Assembly (NCBI GenBank): GCA_015680685.1
Contig: MNCI01000270.1
Span: forward strand, 176,200-240,199
Origin: Gnetum montanum
Lineage: Eukaryota > Plantae > Gnetophyta
Length of the DNA stretch: 64,000 bases
Reading direction: 5' to 3'
Shown: piece after piece, positions 1 through 11,800 of the stretch
How the letters are laid out: every line of letters begins with the position of its first letter
Numbering within the stretch: position 1 is the stretch's first letter
Program-made: the position numbers and the translations under genes
The notes under the pieces: model-generated
What the model was told of the DNA's origin: nothing
Seen by the model: only the letters and a program-made list of their open reading frames with translations
Databases searched by the model: none

Positions 1-1065
1 CTGCCCAAACACCCCCCTCAAACATTTGCCTGGCTTGGTCTCTTGGGCGCGGAGGCCTTGCTTTCTGCACCTGACAGTCCACCTCTTGGTGTCTGAGTTT
101 CCCGCAACACGTGCAGCCGGTTGTCTTGCTCCCCTGGGTTGTAGCTCTGCGTTTGGCCCTGGTGCAGCTTCCAGGTTTTCGAATTCAACCTGAAGTTTTT
201 CCTCCCCATCGGGGAGTTCCAAGACGACCTCCCGGATGAGGTCCTTCTCCGCCAGCCGACGCCAAACGCAGAACCAGACAAAACCCATGCACTCCATCGA
301 CTGCATGACCTGGTCGAAGGCGGTGAATTCGCCGAAAAAGCCCGCAATTTTCTACAGGAAACCAAGTTCCAGAGTTCCCAAGGGATCCCGAAAACCTGCA
401 TCCAAACTGGGGCTCGGGTAAACAAGTCGGCCTCGCGATGGGCCCCGGGATGCCATGGGGTCAGGTCAAGGCCAAACCCCATGCCCCGTAAAACCACGAG
501 CCTCCCAACAGCACCGAGTCCCCAGCTTGCTGAGAGGGGAAAATAAACAGAAGTAGGTCCGCGGATAAGCTGCAAACCCCTACTTCCCCCACCTTCCACA
601 GCTCCTGGGCCCACCGCCGGATTAAATCCAACCGCGGGCGGGTGCCCCGGGACACAAAGTGGCCAATAAGGCTCCGTTGCATGGTTTGGACCCCCTCGAA
701 TGGGGGTTGGGTGATTCGGAGGCGCAGAGTGTCATCGGCCCTGGAGTGGGCCTCGATGTTGCCCCCAGGCACCGGCCCCCCATCGTTTCCGTGGGCCAAA
801 TCATGTTCTTCGTGATGCCTCTGCCCCCCACCAACCGTTGCAGGTAGTACATTGGTTCCGGCCTACGGTTGCGCCTGGTGGGGCTCCTGGATCTGCTCCT
901 GCGGTTGAGCTTGTGGTTGCTCTTGCTCTTGCAGTTGAGCTTGTGGTTGCTACTACTCCTGCTCTTGCGGCTGTTGCTGCTCCTAATCCTGCTCCTACTT
1001 CTCCTGCTTCTCCTATTGCTTCTCTTGCTTCTCCTGCTTCTCCATTTGCTTCTCCTCCACATGCG
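1..1065 (-). mobile_element. L1-clade LINE, 5' part (ORF1) of the same family; continues beyond the window start (copy 0)
   Basis: Gly/Ala-rich N-terminus, then EGVQTMQRSLIGHFVSRGTRPRLDLIRRW...LLLFIF...VLLGGSWFYGAWGLALT and PWHPGAHREADLFTRAPVW (DUF4283-like). Matches copies A-D; frameshifted. Confidence 0.85.
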
Positions 1066-2831
1066 ATTAATTTACTGAAATGATAATACAGTATTTCTTT
1101 TTAGTTTCCACTTCATGAGCATTGTTATTGGATTTTCGCATACACACTGATATTGCAATTGACATGCATAACTGATTTGGGTTATCCTGCATTTGCTATA
1201 TTTTGGATATATGATGCGTATAAGGCTGCAGTTTGCCTTGCTACGGTTTTCCATCAATTGACGTCACTAGTTATTGACAATCCTAGAGCAATATTCAATC
1301 TTTGTACTATTGTAAGAAAGTCTTAAGTACTATCAATGCTCTTGAAATCTGTTTTGATGTTTTGATATTATGATTTTGGAAGTACATGCAATTGGGTTAT
1401 AAAGCACTTACTGGTATCGCATTTATGTTAATGGGGCCATTGTCCAGCTGTTCTTTCAAATACCTTTTGCCCGATATGTGCAAATGGCATTGTTCAACTG
1501 TTAGATTCCTTTATTTATTAGCTATGTAGCTACTGTCACTATCAGTGCTCCTATTTGCATTGCCCCTTTAATGATAATGTTGTTTCTTAATATTTCAAGT
1601 GCATACAGAAATAAGCTATTTTATAATAATGCTTTTATTCTTTAATAGTCAAAAGGGTTTGTAAGATGTGCCATTAAGGCAGACATTATCAATTAAGATT
1701 AAGCAACATCTTGCATTAGAATATTAAGTTAATTGTATCCATTGTCATGAAAGTTTCTGATCATAGTTTCCTTGAGCCTAGACTCATCGCTGCTTAGTGG
1801 CTTAGTTCTGGTAGCTGGACCTAACATCCCACTAATCTTAGCCATTGGTTATTAGGCTGTTACAATAATCAACTGTTACTTCGAAATTTATCAAAACGCA
1901 TTCATAATTGTCAAATGCAGTACACTACAATTAATACTGTTTTGTTGTTCCCTTAATTACTGACCCTGTATTTTTTGCCACACCAAATTTTGAAATACAT
2001 AGAATTTTGACTAATAAATATCTCAAATGAACAAATTTTCACTATTCAAACTCCATTTAAATTATTAGCAACCTGCGATTAAAATTGCAGTGACTTCTTT
2101 CACTTCACTATTAAAAATACTAGGAACAAGTCGCCTTCACACAGGAACATTTCAGCATAACTTCTTAAAAATTACAGACGTCGTTTTAGCTATTAAATGC
2201 TGGAAAATGTTTTGAAAATGAATTTCCCACAACTCCTTTGAAATTAAGATCAACTTTTTCGGTTTTAAATTATGAAGTTTTAGCTTTTAAATTCCTAATT
2301 TTTGACAACTTTCTCAAACATTTTTGAAAAAGCCTTCCGCCATGACAAAGGAAAAACTGACCTTTCATGGTATCCTGTTCATTTGATTGGGTTGAAGAAT
2401 TCTATTTTGTTTGCACATTAAAGGTTCCAGGAATTGTTTAAGTTTGCTGAAAAGACCTGCACTTTACAGCATGCAAGACTTGGATGAAAAAATAGATTTT
2501 GTAAGATGATGTATTTTTTATTCATTTAGTGTTCTAGATTATTTGTACTTCTTAAGTATAAATATTATTGTTGTTCCCCTATATGCATCACTTCATTTAT
2601 ATTAACTACAATTATTTTCATGTTTTTAATTTGTTTGAGTTTCAACGGTATTTTTGCATGTCCGAGTGAAATGGATAATGAGACTAAGAATATTTTTCAT
2701 TTTGTAACTTTTTCATTTATAATGGTACTTAAGACTTTTTCCTTGGTTGCTGAAAAGACTTCTAAACTTTTTATTCGAGGGTAGAAAACAAACGGATTTG
2801 AAATCTGTCTCTAGAAATGAAAATATCTCAC

Positions 2832-2896
2832 CTGTAAAACCTTTGAATCTCCTTTCAAATTTGCCACATTTAGCTACTTGATCCATCATTTCTTGT
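2832..2896 (-). CDS. Exon 8
   Basis: TGCAG|A...ACAG|GTGAGA. Encodes (R)QEMMDQVAKCGKFERRFKGFT and its phase matches exon 7. Confidence 0.88.
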
Positions 2897-5800
2897 CTGC
2901 AATATCACATATTCCACAATTGGTTTTGTACATAAAATCAAGGTTGAAGTTGACACAGAATTATTAGTAAATTGGACTTAACTGATAGTTAAAATATATA
3001 TATATACATATACAGTTTTACAAGAAACAATATCTAGTTTTCAAAGAAAAATAAATTAATTGAAAAATAAAGGAAAAACACATTTCAACATATGAGCAAA
3101 AAGACTGATCATAACCATTAAAATAGGACTCGATGATGGATGGGAGCAGAGACTTAGGTGGGAGAGCCAGGAGTGGAGGTGCAGGCAGGAAGGTCGGTGG
3201 AGGTGCTAGTGGGCAGAGCAATGGAGGAGCAGGTGGGGCAGACACAGGGTTGTGGGGAGAGGGCAGTGAGAGTGGGCTCAATGAAGATGCGACAGGACCA
3301 GAGGGGGCAGTTCCAGGGGGGATTTGTTGGGAAGAGGGAAGGGGGGGTTGAGGAACAGCCAGAAGGGAATGGAGGAGTATCACCTTGGGTCAGGTGTTTC
3401 GAACGCTCCTAGGGCTGAAAAGGTGGCTGGTTGGTGCCCGGGTGATGGCAGTATCAATGCTTGTTCAAGAAAAGGGGGAGTAATGAGGTTGTAGATTCGT
3501 AATCTGCCCAATGAGGGGGTGAAAATCGTGGAACTTAGCCTCATTGGTAAGTTGATGTCGGAAGGAATGAGACCCAAGTTAGACCTAGTTAGGCAATGGG
3601 CCACCACAACTTGGGGAGTGGAGCAGTTGTAGGTCAGGAGCTTAGCAAATGAGTGTTTTCTTTTTGTTTTTGCGTCGGAGGTTGACAAGGACAAGACTTT
3701 TTATGGGGGACCTTGGTTTTATGCAGCATGCGGGTTGGCTCTTGCACCATGGCAGCCTAGGGAGCATAGAGATGTTGAGCTTTCTTGGAGGCCACCGGTT
3801 TGGGTTCGGGCATTGGATTTGCCTTTGGAAATGTGGACCCCGACATTTCTGAAAACCCTGGTAGGTTTTCTTGGAGAGTTTATTCATTTTGATAGGTTCA
3901 ATAAATCAATGGACTAGATGGGTTACACCCTATTTTGTGTCTAGCGGTCTTTCAAATCTAGGGACCAAGTGCAAGAAATGGTTCTAGACCTTCCAACGGG
4001 GGAGGAACAAGTCTAAGTCAAGTACAAAAATCTTCCACCAGAGGTTTAGATGAACGGGGAGAAAGCCCACGTTGAAGGATGCATGATCTATGGGAAAATT
4101 AATCATCAAGCGGCAAATTGCCAGGTTTGGGCAAAGGCCCCTACTAGTAGTGAATGGACACTGGTGGAATGCCATGAACGCCCAGTGAAGAAAGGAATGC
4201 AGGCTAAGGCGGTCTAGAAGGCTAATGGAAGGGCAGATGCTGAGGAGGCAAGGGCCAAGAGAGAAATGGGTAAAGACCATCTTGGAGGGGCAATAGTCAA
4301 GCTAGATGTTGCGGGGAAGTTAGGGCCAAACCTGGCTCCTGTTCCGGGGCAGTGCCTAACTTTAGGGGATGATGGAACTACTACAGGTTGCCCGAAGCTA
4401 GAATTTTTGAAGATTTCGGGGGACAATGTGCCCTATTCTCCACTGGGGTTTAGCCTACCCCTGTTGGGTGACTGGGTTGGGGTTGTGCAGGGCTCGCCAT
4501 TTCCAAAAATGGCAGATTTTCTCAAGAGGACGATGGCTTCACAGGGGGGATTCATGGTATCCCCAAAATCTGAACGTGTTGGGAAACTACTATCACCAAT
4601 TGCCTGCAATAAGAAGACGTCGATGGAGATAGATTTGGGAGTGCAACCTACCTTGAAGGAGGTGTACAAAAAATGATCGGCTAGTAAGCCATGAGAATCT
4701 TATCCTAAAATTGCAGGGAGTTGGGTACCTCCTATAAAAGAAATCACTTGTGCGATTTGGTGAAAAGGGAGAGATGTGAGGTAGTTTTTCTTCAAGAAAA
4801 AAAACTACAGAGGTTGGAGACCCACCATCTGAACTAGTCTAGTTGGCTGATCCATACGGTACCCAGTAGAGGTAAGGCAGGGGGGTTGGCTATTTTATCT
4901 CAAAAACATTACAATTTGATTAACTCTTCTTCCTAGATCATTACGGTGTAGCTAGTGGAAGAAGGGAATTGGATCACGAACTTTTACGGGGTTTAGTATT
5001 AGGAAGAACGTCTGGGGGAGTTGTGAAGGATTGCGGTGCTGGTTGACCAAAGTTGGTGAATTTTGATTGGTGATTTCAACCAAAGATTATAAGCATGCGA
5101 GAAATCAAGGGACAGCATGTCGGTCCCCTTAAGGAGTTAGTGAAACACCATGAAAATTTCGAGGCCTCAACGGTTTAGCAAAATCTTGCGACTCAGGCAA
5201 GGATTTGCGACAAGTCACGGTTTAGCAAGTTCTCTTTTTCGGTTAAGGGGCCTATTATGCTACATTACGCAATGTAGCGTGATAAACCCCGCAAGGATTG
5301 ATCAGAAACAAAGGAAGCGTGGCAACAACACTTCAATTTTTTGCAGGTTCGTTATTTTACGCTGAATTACGCTATGCAGCATAATACAAGCAACAACAGA
5401 GAGAGCCTGTTTATACGTCGCAATACGCTCTCTAACGTATTGCAGCGTAAACAAAGAACAGTTTGTTGCCAAAACTCCAGCAAAAGTGGTTTACGACGCA
5501 TTACGCTTTAGAGCGTAATGTAGCGTGGCGCCACAAGCTTCAAACACAAACACACCAAGTCAACGGCATCTCGTAGGTTCAGGACACGCGTCATCTAAAC
5601 CACATTTTTCTCCTAACCCTAACCTTATAAATATTCCAGTTGACAAAGATCAAGGGGTTGGCAAAAATTTTCCCGGGATTGACAAATTTTCTCCATGAGT
5701 GATTTTCTTTCATTGGCAATCGTTGACAACCTTCGGCAAAGATTGACAAGAGAGCAAAAGAAGATCAGCGATCGTAAGAACATTGGAGGTGACTGGCAAG

Positions 5801-8800
5801 AATCCTTGATCAGAAACAACCGATTAACAGATATTCTGCTTCGGGTCTGACTTCCTTGTGCCCAGATTAGCTAGAACAAGGTAGATCGACCTTTGCTTGT
5901 TTTATCTTTAAATAGCTTTCTTGCTGTTGGCATGTGCTTCATCTAAACCTAAGTCCGCCTGTAATCATTGTATCCAACATATTTTGTTCATAAGTTAAAT
6001 CCCAGATCTTGGGATTGCATGCTCTCTAAATCTAATCTCCTGTGTCCTATCTATATGGATTTTGCAATCGCTTTAAATCATTTACATCGTATTCAATTAC
6101 CTTTGAGATTAACGATATTATATCTCCTCATAAAAATCGCCATTTTGCCATCCAATTATTGCAAAAATTTTACTGATTAAGTAAGTCCCTGTCTGATCGA
6201 CAAGACCGTTCAGGGCACCTCGAATTCGTCTTCTCCAGCACGGCCCTCGCACCAATCCGGGGTTGGAACTGTGTACACGGACTTCCGCTCAGTATTTCCA
6301 GCGACCGACGTTTTCCGTCGTTACAGTTAGCAATGCCTGGACTTTCTGCAAAGGCACAATTTGGCAGACATGGAGATCGCAGATTGTATATTTACGTGGA
6401 GCAACTAATGTCAGGGATGGAACTTAGTCTTATCATATATCGATCGAGTTTGGATCAACACCAATATTTTGCTAGAATCTAAGGTACAAGTTGTAGGAAA
6501 GGAAAGACTAGCTTCCAACCATTGGTTGCTTACGTATCAGGTGGGGAAACAGGCTCGGGTGGAGAGTTCATAGTTCCAGTTCAAATGGTCTTGGCTGTCA
6601 AAGCCATGGCTCAAGCCATTAGTGACGCGAATCTAGGCGGAATATCCTTCAAGGTAGATGCCCGTGATTTTTTGAGCGTTGGGTTGTGTTGGCTCAAGAA
6701 AGAGATTCAGTTGCTTAATGCTGCTAAGAAGTATTCCTTTCGAACCAACAGGATAGGGCTACTATCGCAGATGGTGTTGGTTCAAGCCCGCTAGGAGAGG
6801 GGTGACGAGGTGCTATGGAGGAACAAGCATTGTTAAAGGAGCTGCAAGAATTGGCGACAAAGGAAGAATTGTATTGGAAACAACATGCATGGGACAAATG
6901 GTTGAGAGAGGGGAAAAGGAACACAAAATTCTTTTATGTGATGGCTAAGGCTAATCAAGCAGGTAAGTAGATCAAGCTTTTCTAGGATGGTGTTACACTA
7001 ACTAAGCCTCAAGAGGTGGCCCCTGTGATGCAAAGGCATTGGGCTGAGATTTGGGCCTATAATAGGGTGGAGCCAATCTCAATATCGATGGAGTCGATGC
7101 TTTCAGATTCAAAAAGCCCGTAGTTGCTTATGCCTTTTTCGTGGACGGAGCTTGAGGATGCAATGACATATATGAGGCCGGATTGGGCACCTAGGCTAGA
7201 TGGGTGGCCAATTGAGTTTTTTCAGAGCTTGCTGATGTGATGGGGGAGGACCTGCTAAAAGCTTTCAACCTGATGCTATGAAGGTAGCAAGTGTGGCGTG
7301 AAATTAATTGCTCAAGAATTGTTCTGATTCCTAAGGTGGCTTGTCATTCGGACCTATCTCATTTTCACCCAATTGGAGTGTAATACGTTGATTAGACTTT
7401 TTACTAAAATGTTGGTTAAGTGTCTTGGGCCATTGATGTCGCAGCTGGTTGGGGCCAATCAAGCAGGGTTTTTGAAGAGTAGACATATCCAAGATCAAAT
7501 CAGTCTTTTTCAGGAAGTTATGAACTCTATTCAGAATGTTGGGTATCTGGGGATGTGCATCAAACTAGATATTCAGAAGGTGTATGACATGGTGAGCTAA
7601 GAGGCCCTTGCTGACATTATGCAACTCAAAGGTTTTGACCCGTGGTTTATAAACTTGTGCATTCACATTCAAGCCTCAGGAACATATTCCCTTAATATTG
7701 AAGGGCAATTGTGGGGGTTCTCCTCCCTTGGGCAAGGGTTATGCGTTAGAAAAAATGGAGCAAGAGATGAGACTAGTTGTCAACAAAGGTAAATGTATGG
7801 TGCATGTGGCTCATATGACATGCTTGATAAAAGGAAAACTTTTACGAGTGTTGGGGATGCTCGCTAGGATGAAGTAGGATGCCTTCTTGGGACTTCCTAT
7901 GTATGCATGGAACAAAAGAAAATTCTTGGATTAACTTTATTTGAAGGATGCAACAAGAAGTCAAACATTGGACCATGTGTTTCTTGACACAAAAAGGACA
8001 AATCCTCTTGGCGTCTTTGGTTCTTGCTGCTATGGCACCATACACAGTTGCAGTGGGTACCCCACCGACAACGGTAATTAATTTGGTTCATCAGCTAATT
8101 CAAAATTTTGTATGGTCTGGTGGGTGAGGCAAGTCTAAAATGCATTTAATTGCATGGGACATTATTGCGCAGCCAAGAGAAGCATGTGGGTTAGGTGTGA
8201 TGAAGTTTCAAGACTTGATTATGATGGGTCATCAAAGGATGATCAACCACCTAATTGGAGTTAATGCACATCCCACCCAATGAATTCAAATTGTTAGAAA
8301 TAAGTACAGTCAATGGGAAGCTCAATGCAAAGATTCAAATATTTGGAGAGCTTTGTGTAAGCATGCCAACAAGATTATTAATGTAGCCATGATCAGTAGA
8401 TCACCATCTGACATAATTAATAAGAAATACCCAACGGTGATCAGTTTGGGTCAATCTGTGGAAAGGGTGACTATCGGAAAAATCAAAGTTTTTGTTTGGT
8501 TGATTAACCACGGGGCATTGTCCGTATGGGCAGTGTTGTGAGGGTAGGGGCTTGACATCTTGACAATGTGCCTGATTTGTGAACAAGAGTTGGAAACCAA
8601 TGAGCACTTTCTTTTCCAGTGTTCATACATGCGTGACATGTGTTGGGTGTTGATGCATCCACTTGCTGTGCAAGACCACGATTTAAACAAGGATTCTATT
8701 GCCATAGCAGTACTGTGGATGTGTTGGAAGGCCTAAAATCATTGGATTTTCCATTGGGAGCGCTTGCCTTGGATGACACAAGTTGCTTTGCAGGGGCACC

Positions 8801-11800
8801 AATTCTGGCAAGATGCTGTTGAGACAATGGAGTAGACACCGACCTTTGAGCCGGATTGCGATAGATACTGAAACAATGAGGAGCTTTGGAGGCTATTGCA
8901 AATTGCAGGGTGGATCAAGCTGCTGGAAACACTACAGCAGGACCCGAAGCTCGTGGATGAAGCCTTCTTCCACAACTAGCATGGGGACACAACAACTTTC
9001 CGTGGGGTTTCGCATTGTACTGATTGAGGAGGCATTGGAAGACTGCCTAGGGATGCTTGCTTGTGGGGACATCATTCTCTCGTAGGATCATGGGTTTCAA
9101 GATGCTCAAGGCTTTTTCAATGGGGCTATTCCCAAGACAGCTAGTGGGCAAGTGCCTAAGTCTACGCTACCTTATGTCTAGCATGAGGCAACAAAGTTGG
9201 TGGACCATTTCTTTGTCTAGTCTGACAATGCTTGGAAGTTGAAAGGGGTCCACTTAAGCTTTTTGAAGTCCCTTAGGCTAGGCCACCTAGATAATTTCCC
9301 AAGATTTTTCTTGGAAATGTTGAGGTGCCAATGGAGGGGCCATAATTCAGGTTTGATTCTTGCGATGTGGAAGGCAGCGAATCCGGTGCCTCCTAGGCCA
9401 TTGTAGCCAGAACCGTAGTTAGTGTACAAGAGAAGGCAGCTAGGTTGAGCAGCATGGGGATTGTTTTTCAATCTGACCCTAAACCCAAGGGTTCAACACC
9501 ATTGGCAGAAGGCTCGACGAAGGGGCAATTGCCTCTCATGTCAGAGTTGCTAGAAAGGGCTATCCTAGATGCCCAAACAAAAATTCAAGAACTCAAGGCA
9601 GAAAAAGCCGTGGCCAAAATGACAGCCATTGCTACAAGAAGAGCAATGATTGAGACACAGGCTAAGGCTATTGAGGAGGCAATGGACCAGGGCTAGGCAA
9701 GAAGAAAGGTATGGTTGGGAAGCCAAGTGGGAAGCCCAAGAGTAAGAGTTTGAGCTTCAATTGAGCCAAGCTAAGTGTTAGTTTGCTAAGCAAGGAAAAG
9801 AACTCAAGAGGTGTTGAGATTTGCAGGAGTTGGCCAATTGTGCATTACTCGACGACTCTTTGAGGGAGCAGCTCAGAGAGGAGCTTAGACAGGAGGCCGC
9901 AAAGATGCAATGTTGATTGGACCAAGACCACAAGTGGGAGGTTAGATCATGGTTGTAGGCTAGGAAGTGCCCATATCAGGTTATGGGTATTTGCTACAAC
10001 ACTACTTGGACAACACTACACAGACACATTAGAAGGATGGCAATTCAGTTGCATCCAAATAAGATAGGGACACCGAAGGAACAAACACAACACAAAACGT
10101 AGATGCAACTAAGGAGTTTAAGCAAGCCACAATGTTTGTTGATGCTGAGCAACACCGATCTCAACTAGATGCTATTCACGCCCATGAGCGGATGGCTTGT
10201 CCTTGTACACAGTTACCTTGGCATCTATAATGGTTGTTTCGGAGGGGGGGAGAGATTTTGCAGACAAAGGATTTCTTTTTGGCACTAATACTTCATTAGT
10301 CGTGGCAGATGACTAGGCCATAGCTAGGTGATGAATGCTTGCACGTGTGCAAGGAAAATATTGCTGAAATAGGATCATATGGGGGTTTGTCTCCCTTGAA
10401 GGCAAAGGGTATTGGTCTGTGGTGTTCTCCCTTGGTTTTGTTTGCGCGAGGTGGGGTGGGGGAGGGGGGGTGTGGTTGGTTGCATGACGGGGGCACGTTT
10501 TGAGGGGGTGTCTTTTGTTGTTGGTGGGTGGGGTGGGTGTGGTGCGCGGGTGAGTGTGTGGTGGAAGAGGAAGCAGGAATGCCCTCATTTTGGGTAATGA
10601 AGGATGTTGGATGTACAGATTCCTTTTTTTTTACTTCTTAACTTTGATAATAATAACATGCTTGCCCAACCTTTACACCAAAAAAAAAAAACCTATAAGC
10701 AAAAATTGCATGCATAAACTGTAGTAGAATTTACAATAAGGTGATAGGACCAATGGCTGGTAGAGATGGAAGCCCTTTTATAACAAATATGTATCTAATC
10801 AAAAATCATGTCCAATTAAAATTTTTCTTCTTGAAAGATTTTCTAGAAGCCTCAGGTTTGGCATTAATGAAGACTCATATGCAGATGGATCATTTTATGC
10901 TCTCATGTATCTCAATAGAACAGGATTCTACTTGACGTGCCCTCTTTGATTTTGGATATTTCGTCCACGAAAATCCAATGTTCAAAAAGAAGATTTTATG
11001 CACAAAAATATTTGGAACTGTAAGAGTTCAGATTTTTGGCTTGCATCTTATATTTGGGCTGAACAAATTTTTAAGAGAATCATGTATCCTTTTGGTGTAC
11101 ATCATTGGTGAGGCAGACTTATAAGATCATTACACCTCCTGAAATATGCAAGCCTTTGCAATTAGACAGAACAGCAGGAACCATTTTCAAGATATATAAA
11201 GAGTTGCAGTTAGCTAAAGAAGATGTACAAAAAATCTTGTTTAATTTCAAATTATTCTTCCACAAGCTCAATCCCAACGTGATAGTTCATCAAAGTACAC
11301 CATTCTAACACCTATAATCTGTATAATAACCGTAACTGTCAGTGGGTCCCAGTGGCTCCCAAAGGATCAGACAGTTACACAAGCAATCAATTTCATTACT
11401 GAAAATGTAAATGGTGACACTAGCACTGAGAGCTATTGATGAGAAAGTCAATCAAGGAAACATGACCAATGACAATCCTCTACCAATCAGATCTTGAACC
11501 GGGACAAATTTTTCTGTTAATTATGAGCAATTAATTCTTGTAATTTTTCAAAAATTCATAGAATTTCAGCAACGGTTCAATCTTTACAAAGAGCTGTTCA
11601 TGACTTTTCAAAATGAGATGTTATGTAAAAATTCAGGTTTGAAAATTATTAAAGTGGAATAATAAGAAATTAAAAGATAATGTGGAAAATAGTGGGAATA
11701 ACAATGATGTTGATAAACAACTTATTAAAACTCAAAATAGTAAAAGTGATATTGCGGAAGATGAATTGTTTTAGCGATGAAAAATGTCAGTATAGTGAAG

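Noticed and set aside
622-1083. SR-rich ORF (622-1062, minus) and poly-Leu ORF (869-1078, plus)
   Set aside because: These are alternative frames and the opposite strand of the low-complexity Gly/Ala-rich LINE ORF1 N-terminus, not an SR or membrane protein gene.
11040-11075. Minus-strand QPKY as the possible last exon (GWEPKY-like) of the host gene
   Set aside because: It lies upstream of exon 8 in transcript order and lacks the surrounding PLGK..NN..TR..GW motif. The terminal exon is outside the window.
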